In this document: piece by piece, positions 16,960-25,596 of the stretch
Layout: each line of letters opens with the position of its first letter
Numbering within the stretch: position 1 is the stretch's first letter
Origin: Candidatus Gastranaerophilales bacterium
Lineage (GTDB): Bacteria > Cyanobacteriota > Vampirovibrionia > Gastranaerophilales > UBA9971
Assembly: GCA_028278305.1 (NCBI GenBank)
Contig: JANQEP010000140.1
Coordinates: 1 to 45,878, forward strand
Direction: 5' to 3'
Length of the DNA stretch: 45,878 nucleotides
The notes under the pieces: generated by a model
The model's input: only the letters and a program-made list of their open reading frames with translations
The model's database searches: none
Told to the model about the DNA's origin: nothing
Made by a program: the position numbers and the translations under genes

Positions 16960-17763
16960 CTAGAGCAGCAAAGATGCAATTGAGGCGTTCTGATTTGCCT
17001 GGGCAAGCAAACTTGCGGAAGAGTTCTGTAATATCTGATTTTGCGTAAGTTTGGAAGTTTCTGCTGCTATATCCACGTCTCTTATTCTCGACTGGGAAGC
17101 TGTCAGGTTTTCATTTTGAATATACAGGTTGTCAATAGCGCTTTCCAGTCTGTTTGACATAGCGCCTATGTCAGCTCTTTTACCGTTAATTGCGGATAAA
17201 GCATTGTCTATTCTGTCCAGGAAGTCAGGCGCTGTTCTGTCCAGGGCTAAATCCCCTGATGAAACAGCTGTAAATGCATCACCGACTTTAAGAGAGTTAG
17301 TTTCTTTTTCTGCGTTTGCGCCTATTTGCAGGGTAACATCTTCTGAGCTGCCATCCAGGAGCTTTTGGTCACCATATGCCGTTGAACCGGCAACTCTGTC
17401 GATTTCTTCTGTTAATGCATCGATTTCACTGTCAATTGCAGCTTTATTCTCTTCGCTCATAGTACCGTTTTCACGCTGTACAGTGAGTTCCCGGATTCGT
17501 TGGAGATTCTCTGCCATATTGCTTAAACCTGATTCTGCGGTTGAGAGCATATTCATACCCATCTGTGCATTCTGGATTGCCTGTTGTGAGCCTCTTCTTT
17601 GTGATTCTATTCCCTCTGCAATCATCATGTTGGCAGCATTTTCCATTGCTTCAACCTGTTTTCCGTGTGAAATTCTTATCATGCTTCTTTCTGCTTCTTT
17701 TGCTGCGTTTGCAAGGCTTCTTTGCAAAATTAAAGAAGTAGTATCATTAATTTCAAAGCTCAT
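16960..17763 (-). CDS. fliC: Flagellin (short form, D0/D1 only)
   Basis: It has a conserved flagellin N-terminus (LQRSLANAAKE...QNAQMGMNMLSTAESGLSNMAENLQRIRELTVQ) and C-terminus (LTASQSRIRDVDIAAETSKLTQNQILQNSSASLLAQANQ). A strong SD (GAGGTGG) lies upstream. Confidence 0.95.
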   Translation of the reverse strand: MSFEINDTTSLILQRSLANAAKEAERSMIRISHGKQVEAMENAANMMIAEGIESQRRGSQQAIQNAQMGMNMLSTAESGLSNMAENLQRIRELTVQRENGTMSEENKAAIDSEIDALTEEIDRVAGSTAYGDQKLLDGSSEDVTLQIGANAEKETNSLKVGDAFTAVSSGDLALDRTAPDFLDRIDNALSAINGKRADIGAMSNRLESAIDNLYIQNENLTASQSRIRDVDIAAETSKLTQNQILQNSSASLLAQANQNASIASLLL

Positions 17764-18181
17764 CTATCCACCTCATGTGTCTTTTATACCTACCGTCAGG
17801 GAACTCTAAACAAATCCGACAGAGTTAATTTTCAGGCTAAATGCATTTGATGTTTTATTTGCATCTTTGATATTCCCTATTTATTCCACATTTTATAGCT
17901 AATTAATCTTTTTGGGGCAAAGTATTAACACATTTAGACAAAATTTTTACAAAAAATCGCATTATCCCAAATTTTTATTAAGGAATTAACAAAAATTTTA
18001 AAAGGCGTAAGTTTTTATTCTTTACCCCTTATATAAGCAGTAATTTAAGTTTGTATAAAGTTAATTAAACTTTAATCAACTTTTGTTAATACTAAACATG
18101 CTTATTATTGAAACAAACTGTGCTCGTAATAAAATAAAAAACACGGCTTAAATTTCATATAAAATTTAAAATGGATAGACT
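17764..18181. other. Candidate replication-origin region (oriC) upstream of dnaA
   Basis: This is a 418-bp AT-rich gap immediately upstream of dnaA. Gene orientation flips here: seven minus-strand genes lie to the left and four plus-strand genes to the right. Only degenerate DnaA-box-like 9-mers are present (TATTCCACA at 17882-17890, CTATCCACC at 17765-17773). Confidence 0.35.
17973..18028 (+). repeat. Intergenic repeat family 1, copy 3 (extended form)
   Basis: TTTTTATTAAGGAATTAACAAAAATTTTAAAAGGCGTAAGTTTTTATTCTTTACCCC. The core has 1 mismatch to copies 1 and 2. It ends about 154 nt upstream of the dnaA ATG. Confidence 0.9.
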
Positions 18182-19570
18182 ATGAAGTTACTTGATAAAA
18201 CTAAAGTACAGGAAGATCTGCTGGAAAAACTTAAACAGAAAATGATAACACCGGCTTATGAGTCCTGGATAAAGCCTTTGAAAATCTGTTCTTTAGACGA
18301 AGAGTGCATAGTCATATCCGCAAACAGTAATTTATGCAAAGGATGGATTTGTAAAAACTGCCTCGGAATAATTAAAGATGCCCTCTATGAAATCACGGGC
18401 AAAAAACTGGATTTAAAAATAAAAGTAGAAAAAATTGAAAATTCAAAAGCAAAGCTAAAAACCGCTAAACCCCAAAAACCTGAAACAACATCAATAAACA
18501 AAAGCACATCACTTACCGAGTCCAATATAGATTCTTTAAAAAGCCTCTCTAACAACCTTAATCTTAAGTATACATTTGATACTTTTGTAGTGGGACCTCA
18601 TAATAAATTCTGCCATGCAGCAGCCTATGCTGTAGCCCAATCACCTGCCAGAGCGCATAATCCCCTGTTTATTTACGGCGGGGTCGGGCTCGGGAAAACC
18701 CACATAATGCAGTCAATAGGACATCATATCCTGGCTCATTATCCTCAACTCAATATAAAATACTGCAGCGCCGAAACTTTTACCAATGACCTTATTAATT
18801 CCCTCAGAACTGATAAAATGCTTGCTTTTCGGGCAAAATACAGGCAGATTGATGTTCTTTTACTGGATGATATCCAGTTTATAGAAGGCAAGGAGAATAC
18901 CCAGGAAGAAATTTTCCATACATTTAATACTCTTTATGAATCCGGAAAACAAATCATCTTAACCAGCGACAGGCATCCTAAAAACATTTCTACCCTTACA
19001 GAAAGGCTGAGAAGCAGGTTTGAATGGGGAATACTTGCTGATATCCAGATGCCTGACCTTGAAACCAGGCTTGCTATCCTGAGAAACAAAGCAGAAAGAG
19101 ATAACCTCTCAGTCCCGGACGATGTGCTTGAACTTATAGCAACGGCATTCCAGACCAATATCCGGGAACTTGAAGGCGCGTTAAACCGTGTTATTGCTTA
19201 CATAAGCATAAACAACCAGCCTTTTACCACGGAAACAGTTAAAAATATTCTTAATCTCTCCGGTAAAGTCAAAAACCTGAATATAGAAAAAATTATTGAA
19301 ACCACAGCCCGGTATTTTTGCCTGGAATCATCAGAAATAAAAGGGCAGTCACGAGCAAAGGAAATTTCTTACGCCAGGCAGGTGGCGATTTATATTGCAC
19401 GTGATATGACAAAGTCCAGTTTCCCGACAATCGGCGAAGCTTTTGGAGGGAGAAAGCATACCACCATCCTTTATGCTTATGAAAAAATGAAAGAAGAGCT
19501 TCAGCTAAACAAGTTATTATTTGAAAATATCAGCGAAATTTCAAAGCAGCTCGCTCAGGATACTCATTAG
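18182..19570 (+). CDS. dnaA: Chromosomal replication initiator DnaA
   Basis: Walker A (GGVGLGKTH), LLLDDIQF, a sensor region and C-terminal DNA-binding signatures (ARQVAIYIARDMT, GGRKHTTILYAYEK) are present. Confidence 0.97.
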   Translation: MKLLDKTKVQEDLLEKLKQKMITPAYESWIKPLKICSLDEECIVISANSNLCKGWICKNCLGIIKDALYEITGKKLDLKIKVEKIENSKAKLKTAKPQKPETTSINKSTSLTESNIDSLKSLSNNLNLKYTFDTFVVGPHNKFCHAAAYAVAQSPARAHNPLFIYGGVGLGKTHIMQSIGHHILAHYPQLNIKYCSAETFTNDLINSLRTDKMLAFRAKYRQIDVLLLDDIQFIEGKENTQEEIFHTFNTLYESGKQIILTSDRHPKNISTLTERLRSRFEWGILADIQMPDLETRLAILRNKAERDNLSVPDDVLELIATAFQTNIRELEGALNRVIAYISINNQPFTTETVKNILNLSGKVKNLNIEKIIETTARYFCLESSEIKGQSRAKEISYARQVAIYIARDMTKSSFPTIGEAFGGRKHTTILYAYEKMKEELQLNKLLFENISEISKQLAQDTH

Positions 19571-19646
19571 AATTATTAAACTTCATTATGCTATACTTTT
19601 ACCAGTTCTTAAAAAGCTGACCTTAAAATGATTATGGCAAATTTTA

Positions 19647-20816
19647 ATGTTTCTAAATAAGTTAAAATTAAAAAATTTCAGAAATTATGAAATCTGTGAG
19701 ACAGAGTTCCCGGGGAATAAAATCCTGCTTGTGGGTAAAAATGCCCAGGGTAAGACTAATCTGCTTGAATCCCTGCATTATCTTGCCACGCTGTCATCAT
19801 TCAGGGCATCAAACGATGGTGAAATTATAAAATGGGGCGCAGATCACTGTCTTATCGAAGCTGATTTAACCAAATACGGGGCTGATGTGGAGTTAAAAAT
19901 CCTTATAAACCCGCCCAGGCAAAAAGTCCTGAAAGTTAACGGGCTTAAAAAATCCTCTTTCTCAGACTTTCTTGGAAACCTGCTGATAGTAAACTTCAAT
20001 GTGGCTGATCTTCTGCTGTTGAGGGGTTCACCTTCTGACAGGAGAAAATGGCTTGACGATGCCATAAGCCAGGTTTATCCCGCTTATAAAGACAGGCTGA
20101 ATAAGTATTCCAGGATAAAGACGCAGAGAAACAATCTTTTAAAAGATTTTAAAACAAGTATAAACCTCTCATCTTCACAGGAAGAGCTTTTATCGGTTCT
20201 TAATGAGCAGCTTGCCGTCTCAGGAAGCAATATAGTTCACCTGAGAAATAAGTATCTCAAAGAAATCCAGCAAAAAGCCCGGGAAAAACATAAAAATATT
20301 TCCCTGAGTGATGAGGATTTAAAAATAGTATATTTATCCAATACAACAGGGAATTTTAATGCGGCAGAAGATGAAATTCCAAAGCCTGATAAGCTTCTGG
20401 AGTATTTTCAGAATATGTTTAAAGAAAAGCGCGCCGAAGAGCTGGCTCGGGCTCAGACCTTAATAGGACCTCACAGGGATGATGTCGGCTTTATGATAAA
20501 CGGGAAAAATGCGGTCAGCTATGCTTCGCAGGGTCAGCAAAGAACGGTGGTGCTCGCATTAAAACTCTCAGAAATCGACCTGATAGAGGAAATCATTCAG
20601 GAAAGTCCTGTTTTACTGCTGGATGACGTGCTTGCGGAACTTGATAACGAAAGACAGGAGTTTTTGTTAAAATCAATAAAGCAAACAACTCAGACCATAA
20701 TTACCACAACAAGCCTATCAGCTTTTAGTGACGGATATTTAAAAGACAAAAAAATTTATACGATAGATTCAGGAAGTGTTAAGGAAAATTTGAACAATGA
20801 AAAAGCTTACTTATAG
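19647..20816 (+). CDS. recF: DNA replication and repair protein RecF
   Basis: The N-terminus reads LKLKNFRNYE...GKNAQGKTNLLESL (Walker A). SMC-like signature (SQGQQRT) and Walker B (VLLLDDVLAELD) motifs are present. Confidence 0.92.
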   Translation: MFLNKLKLKNFRNYEICETEFPGNKILLVGKNAQGKTNLLESLHYLATLSSFRASNDGEIIKWGADHCLIEADLTKYGADVELKILINPPRQKVLKVNGLKKSSFSDFLGNLLIVNFNVADLLLLRGSPSDRRKWLDDAISQVYPAYKDRLNKYSRIKTQRNNLLKDFKTSINLSSSQEELLSVLNEQLAVSGSNIVHLRNKYLKEIQQKAREKHKNISLSDEDLKIVYLSNTTGNFNAAEDEIPKPDKLLEYFQNMFKEKRAEELARAQTLIGPHRDDVGFMINGKNAVSYASQGQQRTVVLALKLSEIDLIEEIIQESPVLLLDDVLAELDNERQEFLLKSIKQTTQTIITTTSLSAFSDGYLKDKKIYTIDSGSVKENLNNEKAYL

Positions 20817-22386
20817 GGAAAGTATACTGATTTTAATTACGGTAATCCTCTTTTTCTTAGGGGTATATTCCTATAATGAGGAACACCTGTCTGATACCAG
20901 GAGGTACCTTACGATTCTGCATACCAATGATGTTCATGGCAGGCTTGAACCTTTTCAATACGGCAGCAGCAAGGAACTTACCGGCGGAATGGCAAGAAGA
21001 GCCACCCTGATTAAAAAGATTGAAAGCTCAAACAAAAATGTGATTACGGTTGATGCGGGGGATTTTGCACAGGGAACCCTGTATTTTAATATTTTTAGCG
21101 GAACACCTGACGTTAAGATGATGCACCATGCGGGTTATGACATTGCAACTTTAGGTAACCACGAATTTGACAAGGGTTTAAAAGTAACAAAAGAAATCGT
21201 AAAACAGGCAAAATTCCCGTTTGTTTGCGCAAATATCGAGTTTACCGGGGATAAAGAACTTCAGGAAATGGTAAAACCTTATATAATAAAGAATTATAAC
21301 GGGTTAAAAATTGCTGTTACAGGCTTAATAGCCGCGGACCTGAAAACACTGGTAAATAACCTTGAGGATGTTGAGGTTTTTGACCCTGTAGAAACAGCAA
21401 AAGATATTGTAAAAAAAGTGAATTCCAGGGCGGATATGATTGTTGTAATTTCGCATATGGGCGTAAATGCCGATTTTAAGCTGGCAAAGAATATCCCTGA
21501 AATCGACGTTATAATTGGCGGGCATTCCCATACCCTGATAAAAGAGCCGAAATTATTCAATAAAAATGAGGATAAAACCCTGGTTATCCAGGGCGGCGAA
21601 TTCGGGGCGCATCTGGGCAGGCTTGATTTAAGCATAGAAGGTAAGGAAATTCAAAGCTATTATTATGACCTGATTCCGGTTGATGAAGAAATTGCAGCTG
21701 ACTTTGGCATTCAGGAACAAATCAAAGCTCTCTCAGATGAAATTGAAAAATATAAAAACAAAGAAGTAGGCGAATTAAAAAACACGATAGGAGAAGAAAG
21801 TAAAAATATAAGAACAGCGCTTCTTAAAAAAGGAAGTCTTGTTACCGAGGCAATTAAGCATAGGTTCCCCGAAGTTGATATAGTACTTCAGAATGCCGGT
21901 GGTGTCAGGCTAAACAGGCAGATAAGCCCGGGAATGATTACCCTGGCTGATATTATTGAGCTTTATCCTTTTAAAAATACTATTGTTACCCTGGAATTAA
22001 AAGGAAGTGATCTTAAGTCGGTTCTGGAAACAAGTTCCAGGATGTACCCCGAGGAAAACGGGGGATTCCTGCAAAGTTTAGGGCTTGAATACACAATTAA
22101 TGCGGATAAACCCGGTCAGATTTTATCCGGTGACGGTTCTGAAATTCTAAAGCCCGGTAAGAGGGTTTCTGATGTAAAAGTTAACAAAAAAACGCTTGAG
22201 AATGATAAATATTACAAAATAGCAATTAATAACTATATGTATAGAGGCGGAAACGGATATTCCCAGTTTAAAAACGCAATAAATCCTGTTGATACAGGGA
22301 TCGTTGTCCGGGATGTAATTATTGATTTTATAAAAGAAAACTCCCCTGTTTTAGTGGAGGTAAAAGACAAAATACATATTAAATAA
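20797..22386 (+). CDS. Membrane-anchored or secreted bifunctional metallophosphatase / 5'-nucleotidase (UshA/YfkN-like)
   Basis: Calcineurin-like motifs (HTNDVHGR, DAGDFAQGT, GNHEFD, GGHSH) plus a 5'-nucleotidase C-terminal domain and an N-terminal hydrophobic anchor. It overlaps the recF 3' end by 20 nt. Confidence 0.85.
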   Translation: MKKLTYRESILILITVILFFLGVYSYNEEHLSDTRRYLTILHTNDVHGRLEPFQYGSSKELTGGMARRATLIKKIESSNKNVITVDAGDFAQGTLYFNIFSGTPDVKMMHHAGYDIATLGNHEFDKGLKVTKEIVKQAKFPFVCANIEFTGDKELQEMVKPYIIKNYNGLKIAVTGLIAADLKTLVNNLEDVEVFDPVETAKDIVKKVNSRADMIVVISHMGVNADFKLAKNIPEIDVIIGGHSHTLIKEPKLFNKNEDKTLVIQGGEFGAHLGRLDLSIEGKEIQSYYYDLIPVDEEIAADFGIQEQIKALSDEIEKYKNKEVGELKNTIGEESKNIRTALLKKGSLVTEAIKHRFPEVDIVLQNAGGVRLNRQISPGMITLADIIELYPFKNTIVTLELKGSDLKSVLETSSRMYPEENGGFLQSLGLEYTINADKPGQILSGDGSEILKPGKRVSDVKVNKKTLENDKYYKIAINNYMYRGGNGYSQFKNAINPVDTGIVVRDVIIDFIKENSPVLVEVKDKIHIK

Positions 22387-22495
22387 CCTGAGTCGCCTGC
22401 TTAGCCAAAATCCGGGATATGACTGACTCAAAATTCCTTAAAGTTTATAAACAGCAACTTGAGTTAAAATATATATTGCGAAGGGATAATGTATA

Positions 22496-23383
22496 ATGGC
22501 AGTTTTAGTTACAGGAGGAGCCGGTTTTATAGGTTCATACATAGTTGATTTGCTAATTGATAACGGTTATAGCGTTATTATAGCTGATAATATGTCTCTG
22601 GGCAGGCAGGAAAATATTAATCCCGCAGCTAAGTTTTATAATATAGACATTACAACCCCTGATTTAGAAATAGTTTTTAATGAAAACAAAGTGAAATTTG
22701 TGTCTCATCACGCAGCACAGGCAGCGGTTAGCGCTTCAACGTCTGACCCCCTGCTTGATGCGCGGTCAAATATAATAGGGACCGTTAATTTACTTGAGCT
22801 GTCAAAAAAATACGGTGTTGAAAAATTCATATATGCCTCGACAGCTGCTGTCTACGGTACTCCTGAATACCTGCCCGTTAATGAAAGTCATCCTGCGATT
22901 CCAGTGTCAAACTACGGACTGTCAAAACTGACAGCTGAAAAATATATTCAGCTATCAGGGCTTAGTTATATAATTTTCAGGTATTCAAATGTTTATGGTC
23001 TACGGCAGAATGCACTTGGTGAGACGGGAGTTATACCTATTTTCATTGATAAAATTAAAAACAGCCGGATTCTTGAAATTCACGGGGATGGAGAGCAGAC
23101 AAGAGACTTCCTGCACGCAAAAGATGCTGCAACAGCTAATTTAAAAGCAATTCAGGCAAATATCACTAATGAAATTTTAAATATTTCAACGAATTCCGGT
23201 ATAAGCATTAACAAGTTTTTTAATGTAATTAAAAACAGGGATACGCAGGTAAAATATACCCCTGCAAGAAGAGGAGACATAAAAAACAGTATTCTGGATA
23301 ACAGCAAAGCCGTGAGGCTTTTGGGCTGGTCTGCCGAGTATGATTTAATAAAAGGATTGGAAGAATTTAAAGTCGGTTTTTAA
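22496..23383 (+). CDS. NAD-dependent epimerase/dehydratase (GalE-like SDR)
   Basis: It has the Rossmann motif VLVTGGAGFIGS at the N-terminus and the catalytic YxxxK (YGLSK). It is 295 aa long. Confidence 0.85.
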   Translation: MAVLVTGGAGFIGSYIVDLLIDNGYSVIIADNMSLGRQENINPAAKFYNIDITTPDLEIVFNENKVKFVSHHAAQAAVSASTSDPLLDARSNIIGTVNLLELSKKYGVEKFIYASTAAVYGTPEYLPVNESHPAIPVSNYGLSKLTAEKYIQLSGLSYIIFRYSNVYGLRQNALGETGVIPIFIDKIKNSRILEIHGDGEQTRDFLHAKDAATANLKAIQANITNEILNISTNSGISINKFFNVIKNRDTQVKYTPARRGDIKNSILDNSKAVRLLGWSAEYDLIKGLEEFKVGF

Positions 23384-23405
23384 AAATTTTTTATTAGGAA
23401 CAAAG

Positions 23406-23445
23406 AAAAAATTTTTAAAACGCGTAAGTTTTTATTCCTTACCCC
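23406..23445 (+). repeat. Intergenic repeat family 1, copy 4
   Basis: AAAAAATTTTTAAAACGCGTAAGTTTTTATTCCTTACCCC differs from copy 1 by 2 substitutions and 1 extra T. Its last 7 nt supply the Gly codon and TAA stop of the convergent ABC exporter gene. Confidence 0.9.
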
Positions 23446-25241
23446 GAGACTGCACTTGTTTCTTTTTCCTTAAACTGCATATCATAAAGGGTTTTGTATG
23501 CTCCGTTTGAAATACTAACAAGCTCATCGTGCCTGCCCATTTCCACAATCTGCCCTTCGTTAATGACTGCAATTTTATTCACGTTTTTAATAGTAGAGAG
23601 CCTGTGAGCTATTACGATTACGGTTTTATTTTCTATCAATTTATCCATTGCCATCTGAACAATTGCTTCTGACTTATTATCAAGTGCTGATGTGGCTTCA
23701 TCAAGGATAACTAACGGCGCATTTTTAAGCATAGCCCTTGCAATGGCAACCCTTTGTTTCTGACCGCCTGAGAGTCTTACTCCTCTTTCGCCGATTTCTG
23801 TATCGAGCCCGTCAGGCAGTTCTGCTATGAATTTCTCAAGATAAGCGTCTTTTAAAACTTTTTGGATTTCCGATTCTGATGCATTAAAATTGCCAAGAAT
23901 GATACTTTCCCTTATAGTGCCGGTAAACAGGAAGTTATCCTGAAATACCACAGCTATATTTTGTCTCAGGCTCGCAAGTGCTATTTCTCTTACATCAATG
24001 CCGTCAATTTTTATTGAGCCTGACTTAATATCGTAGAATCTTGGTATAAGGTTTGCTATTGTGGTCTTTCCTCCGCCAGAGTTCCCTACGAGAGCAAGAG
24101 ATTCACCCATTTTAATATCAAAACTAACGTCTTTTAGTACAGGTGCTTTTTCATCATATTCAAACCATACGTTTTCAAATTTGATAGAGTCTTTGATAGT
24201 GTTGACTTTTACAGCGTTAGGACTGTCTTTTATTGTTGGCTCAAGGTCAAAAACGTCCATTACCCTGCTCATGGCAACAAAACTACCCTGCATTCCCGTA
24301 AAGGTATTTCCCACTGATTTAATCGGCTTGTACAATAATAGTAATGCTGCCATAAATGAACCTATGCTGCCGAATGTAAGCGCTCCCTCATAAAACATAT
24401 GTGTGCTTTGCCACATAACCCCTGCGATTCCGAATGATGCGATAAGATACATTAGCGGGGAAAGCCATCCAACTCTTTTTGTTAATCTCATTTGCAGATT
24501 AAATGATTCAAATAATTTTTGTATTACTTTTTTGTGCTGATAATCCTGTAGATTAAAGGCGGTTATTATCCGGTTGCCACCAAATGTTTCATAAACATAG
24601 GTGCTTAACTTACTGCCAACTTTCATTCCTTCGTTTGATACATATTTTACGTGTTTTCTGATTAGTGAAATAGGCAAAAACGCGCCTACCATCATAATCA
24701 AAGCAAAGAAAGACAATTTCCAGGATATATATAAAAGTACTGCAATTAACCCGATTGAAGACGTTATATTAGAAATCAGGTTTTTAAGGTTTATTATTAA
24801 ACCTGAACAGGCTCCATCCGCATCTCCTAAAAACCTGCTCATAACAAGTCCTGATGAGTTTTTATCATAAAGCGCCGATTCAAAAGTCAAAAGTTTTTTA
24901 AAGAGATGGTTCTTCAGTCCTATCGCCATTTTGTATCCAACCCAGTCATTCAAGTAAGAATTTAAATATTTTAATAACCCCTGAATAAAAGCAAAAAGAA
25001 TAATCGCATACGGAACCAGAAAAACTAACTGTCTGGCTGCGGGATCTGTTTTGCCAGCCTGTAGTAAATCTAAAAACGGTTTAATGCAAAATGCGGTTAC
25101 GCTATCCAAAAGCCCAACAGGAATAGCGATTAATACCCCCAAAATTCCTCTAAATAAAAAGGGCTTAACAAACGGAAACATTCTCTGGTACATATATTTA
25201 TAATCAAACGACCGGTCTCGGGTTATTTCTTCTAACTTCAT
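23439..25241 (-). CDS. ABC exporter, fused permease/ATPase (MsbA/ABCB-like)
   Basis: An N-terminal six-TM domain is followed by Walker A (GNSGGGKTT), the ABC signature (LSGGQKQRVAIARA) and Walker B (LVILDEATSALD). Confidence 0.9.
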   Translation of the reverse strand: MKLEEITRDRSFDYKYMYQRMFPFVKPFLFRGILGVLIAIPVGLLDSVTAFCIKPFLDLLQAGKTDPAARQLVFLVPYAIILFAFIQGLLKYLNSYLNDWVGYKMAIGLKNHLFKKLLTFESALYDKNSSGLVMSRFLGDADGACSGLIINLKNLISNITSSIGLIAVLLYISWKLSFFALIMMVGAFLPISLIRKHVKYVSNEGMKVGSKLSTYVYETFGGNRIITAFNLQDYQHKKVIQKLFESFNLQMRLTKRVGWLSPLMYLIASFGIAGVMWQSTHMFYEGALTFGSIGSFMAALLLLYKPIKSVGNTFTGMQGSFVAMSRVMDVFDLEPTIKDSPNAVKVNTIKDSIKFENVWFEYDEKAPVLKDVSFDIKMGESLALVGNSGGGKTTIANLIPRFYDIKSGSIKIDGIDVREIALASLRQNIAVVFQDNFLFTGTIRESIILGNFNASESEIQKVLKDAYLEKFIAELPDGLDTEIGERGVRLSGGQKQRVAIARAMLKNAPLVILDEATSALDNKSEAIVQMAMDKLIENKTVIVIAHRLSTIKNVNKIAVINEGQIVEMGRHDELVSISNGAYKTLYDMQFKEKETSAVSG

Positions 25242-25418
25242 TTAATTGCCTCAAATTTTAGTAAATATATTGCTTATTTTATCAGTAAAATACCAATGGT
25301 AAATTAAATTTTAATCACTACTATAAAAATGATGAATAAATCAATGTAAAATTGTAATACCGGCTCAAACTCCCTGACACTTCATCTCAATCTAACTGTC
25401 TTTTTACCGTAAAATAAC

Positions 25419-25452
25419 GAAATTTCAAAAAATACAATTCGTGATTCGGGTT
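25419..25452 (-). repeat. Intergenic repeat family 2, copy A
   Basis: The reverse complement AACCCGAATCACGAATTGTATTTTTTGAAATTTC matches 35972-36005 with 1 mismatch over the first 33 nt. Confidence 0.85.
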
Positions 25453-25596
25453 AAATAGACTTGAAGCCAGGGAATGAATCCGATAAACATGAATAATAAT
25501 CAAAAAATAAGTTGTGGTTAAGAATATATTGCAAAAAAGATGATTTATATATGATAATAACACTTATGTCTAAAAATCAAAGAAGGATATGAGCTT

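Noticed and set aside
17129-17809. A 226-aa plus-strand ORF antisense to fliC, and similar long antisense ORFs in the track (for example 10814-11194, 14333-14770, 15537-15920, 24061-24393, 29913-30308, 36301-36672, 40970-41296, 42332-42676).
   Set aside because: Each lies entirely inside a longer opposite-strand gene that has clear family motifs. Their products are low-complexity and Ser/Leu/Phe/Ile-rich, with no recognisable domains or RBS. These are shadow ORFs.
17764-17900. A sigma-28 (FliA) promoter upstream of fliC.
   Set aside because: The best candidate on the minus strand (TAAA-N16-GCCTGAAA) matches only 5 of 8 positions of GCCGATAA at a non-canonical spacing. That is not distinguishable from chance in AT-rich DNA.
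25514-25522. DnaA-box-like 9-mers: TGTGGTTAA here, TATTCCACA at 17882-17890, and TTATCCCAA at 17963-17971.
   Set aside because: Several 7-8/9 matches are expected by chance in 46 kb on two strands. No cluster of good boxes is present, so the oriC call is kept at low confidence.
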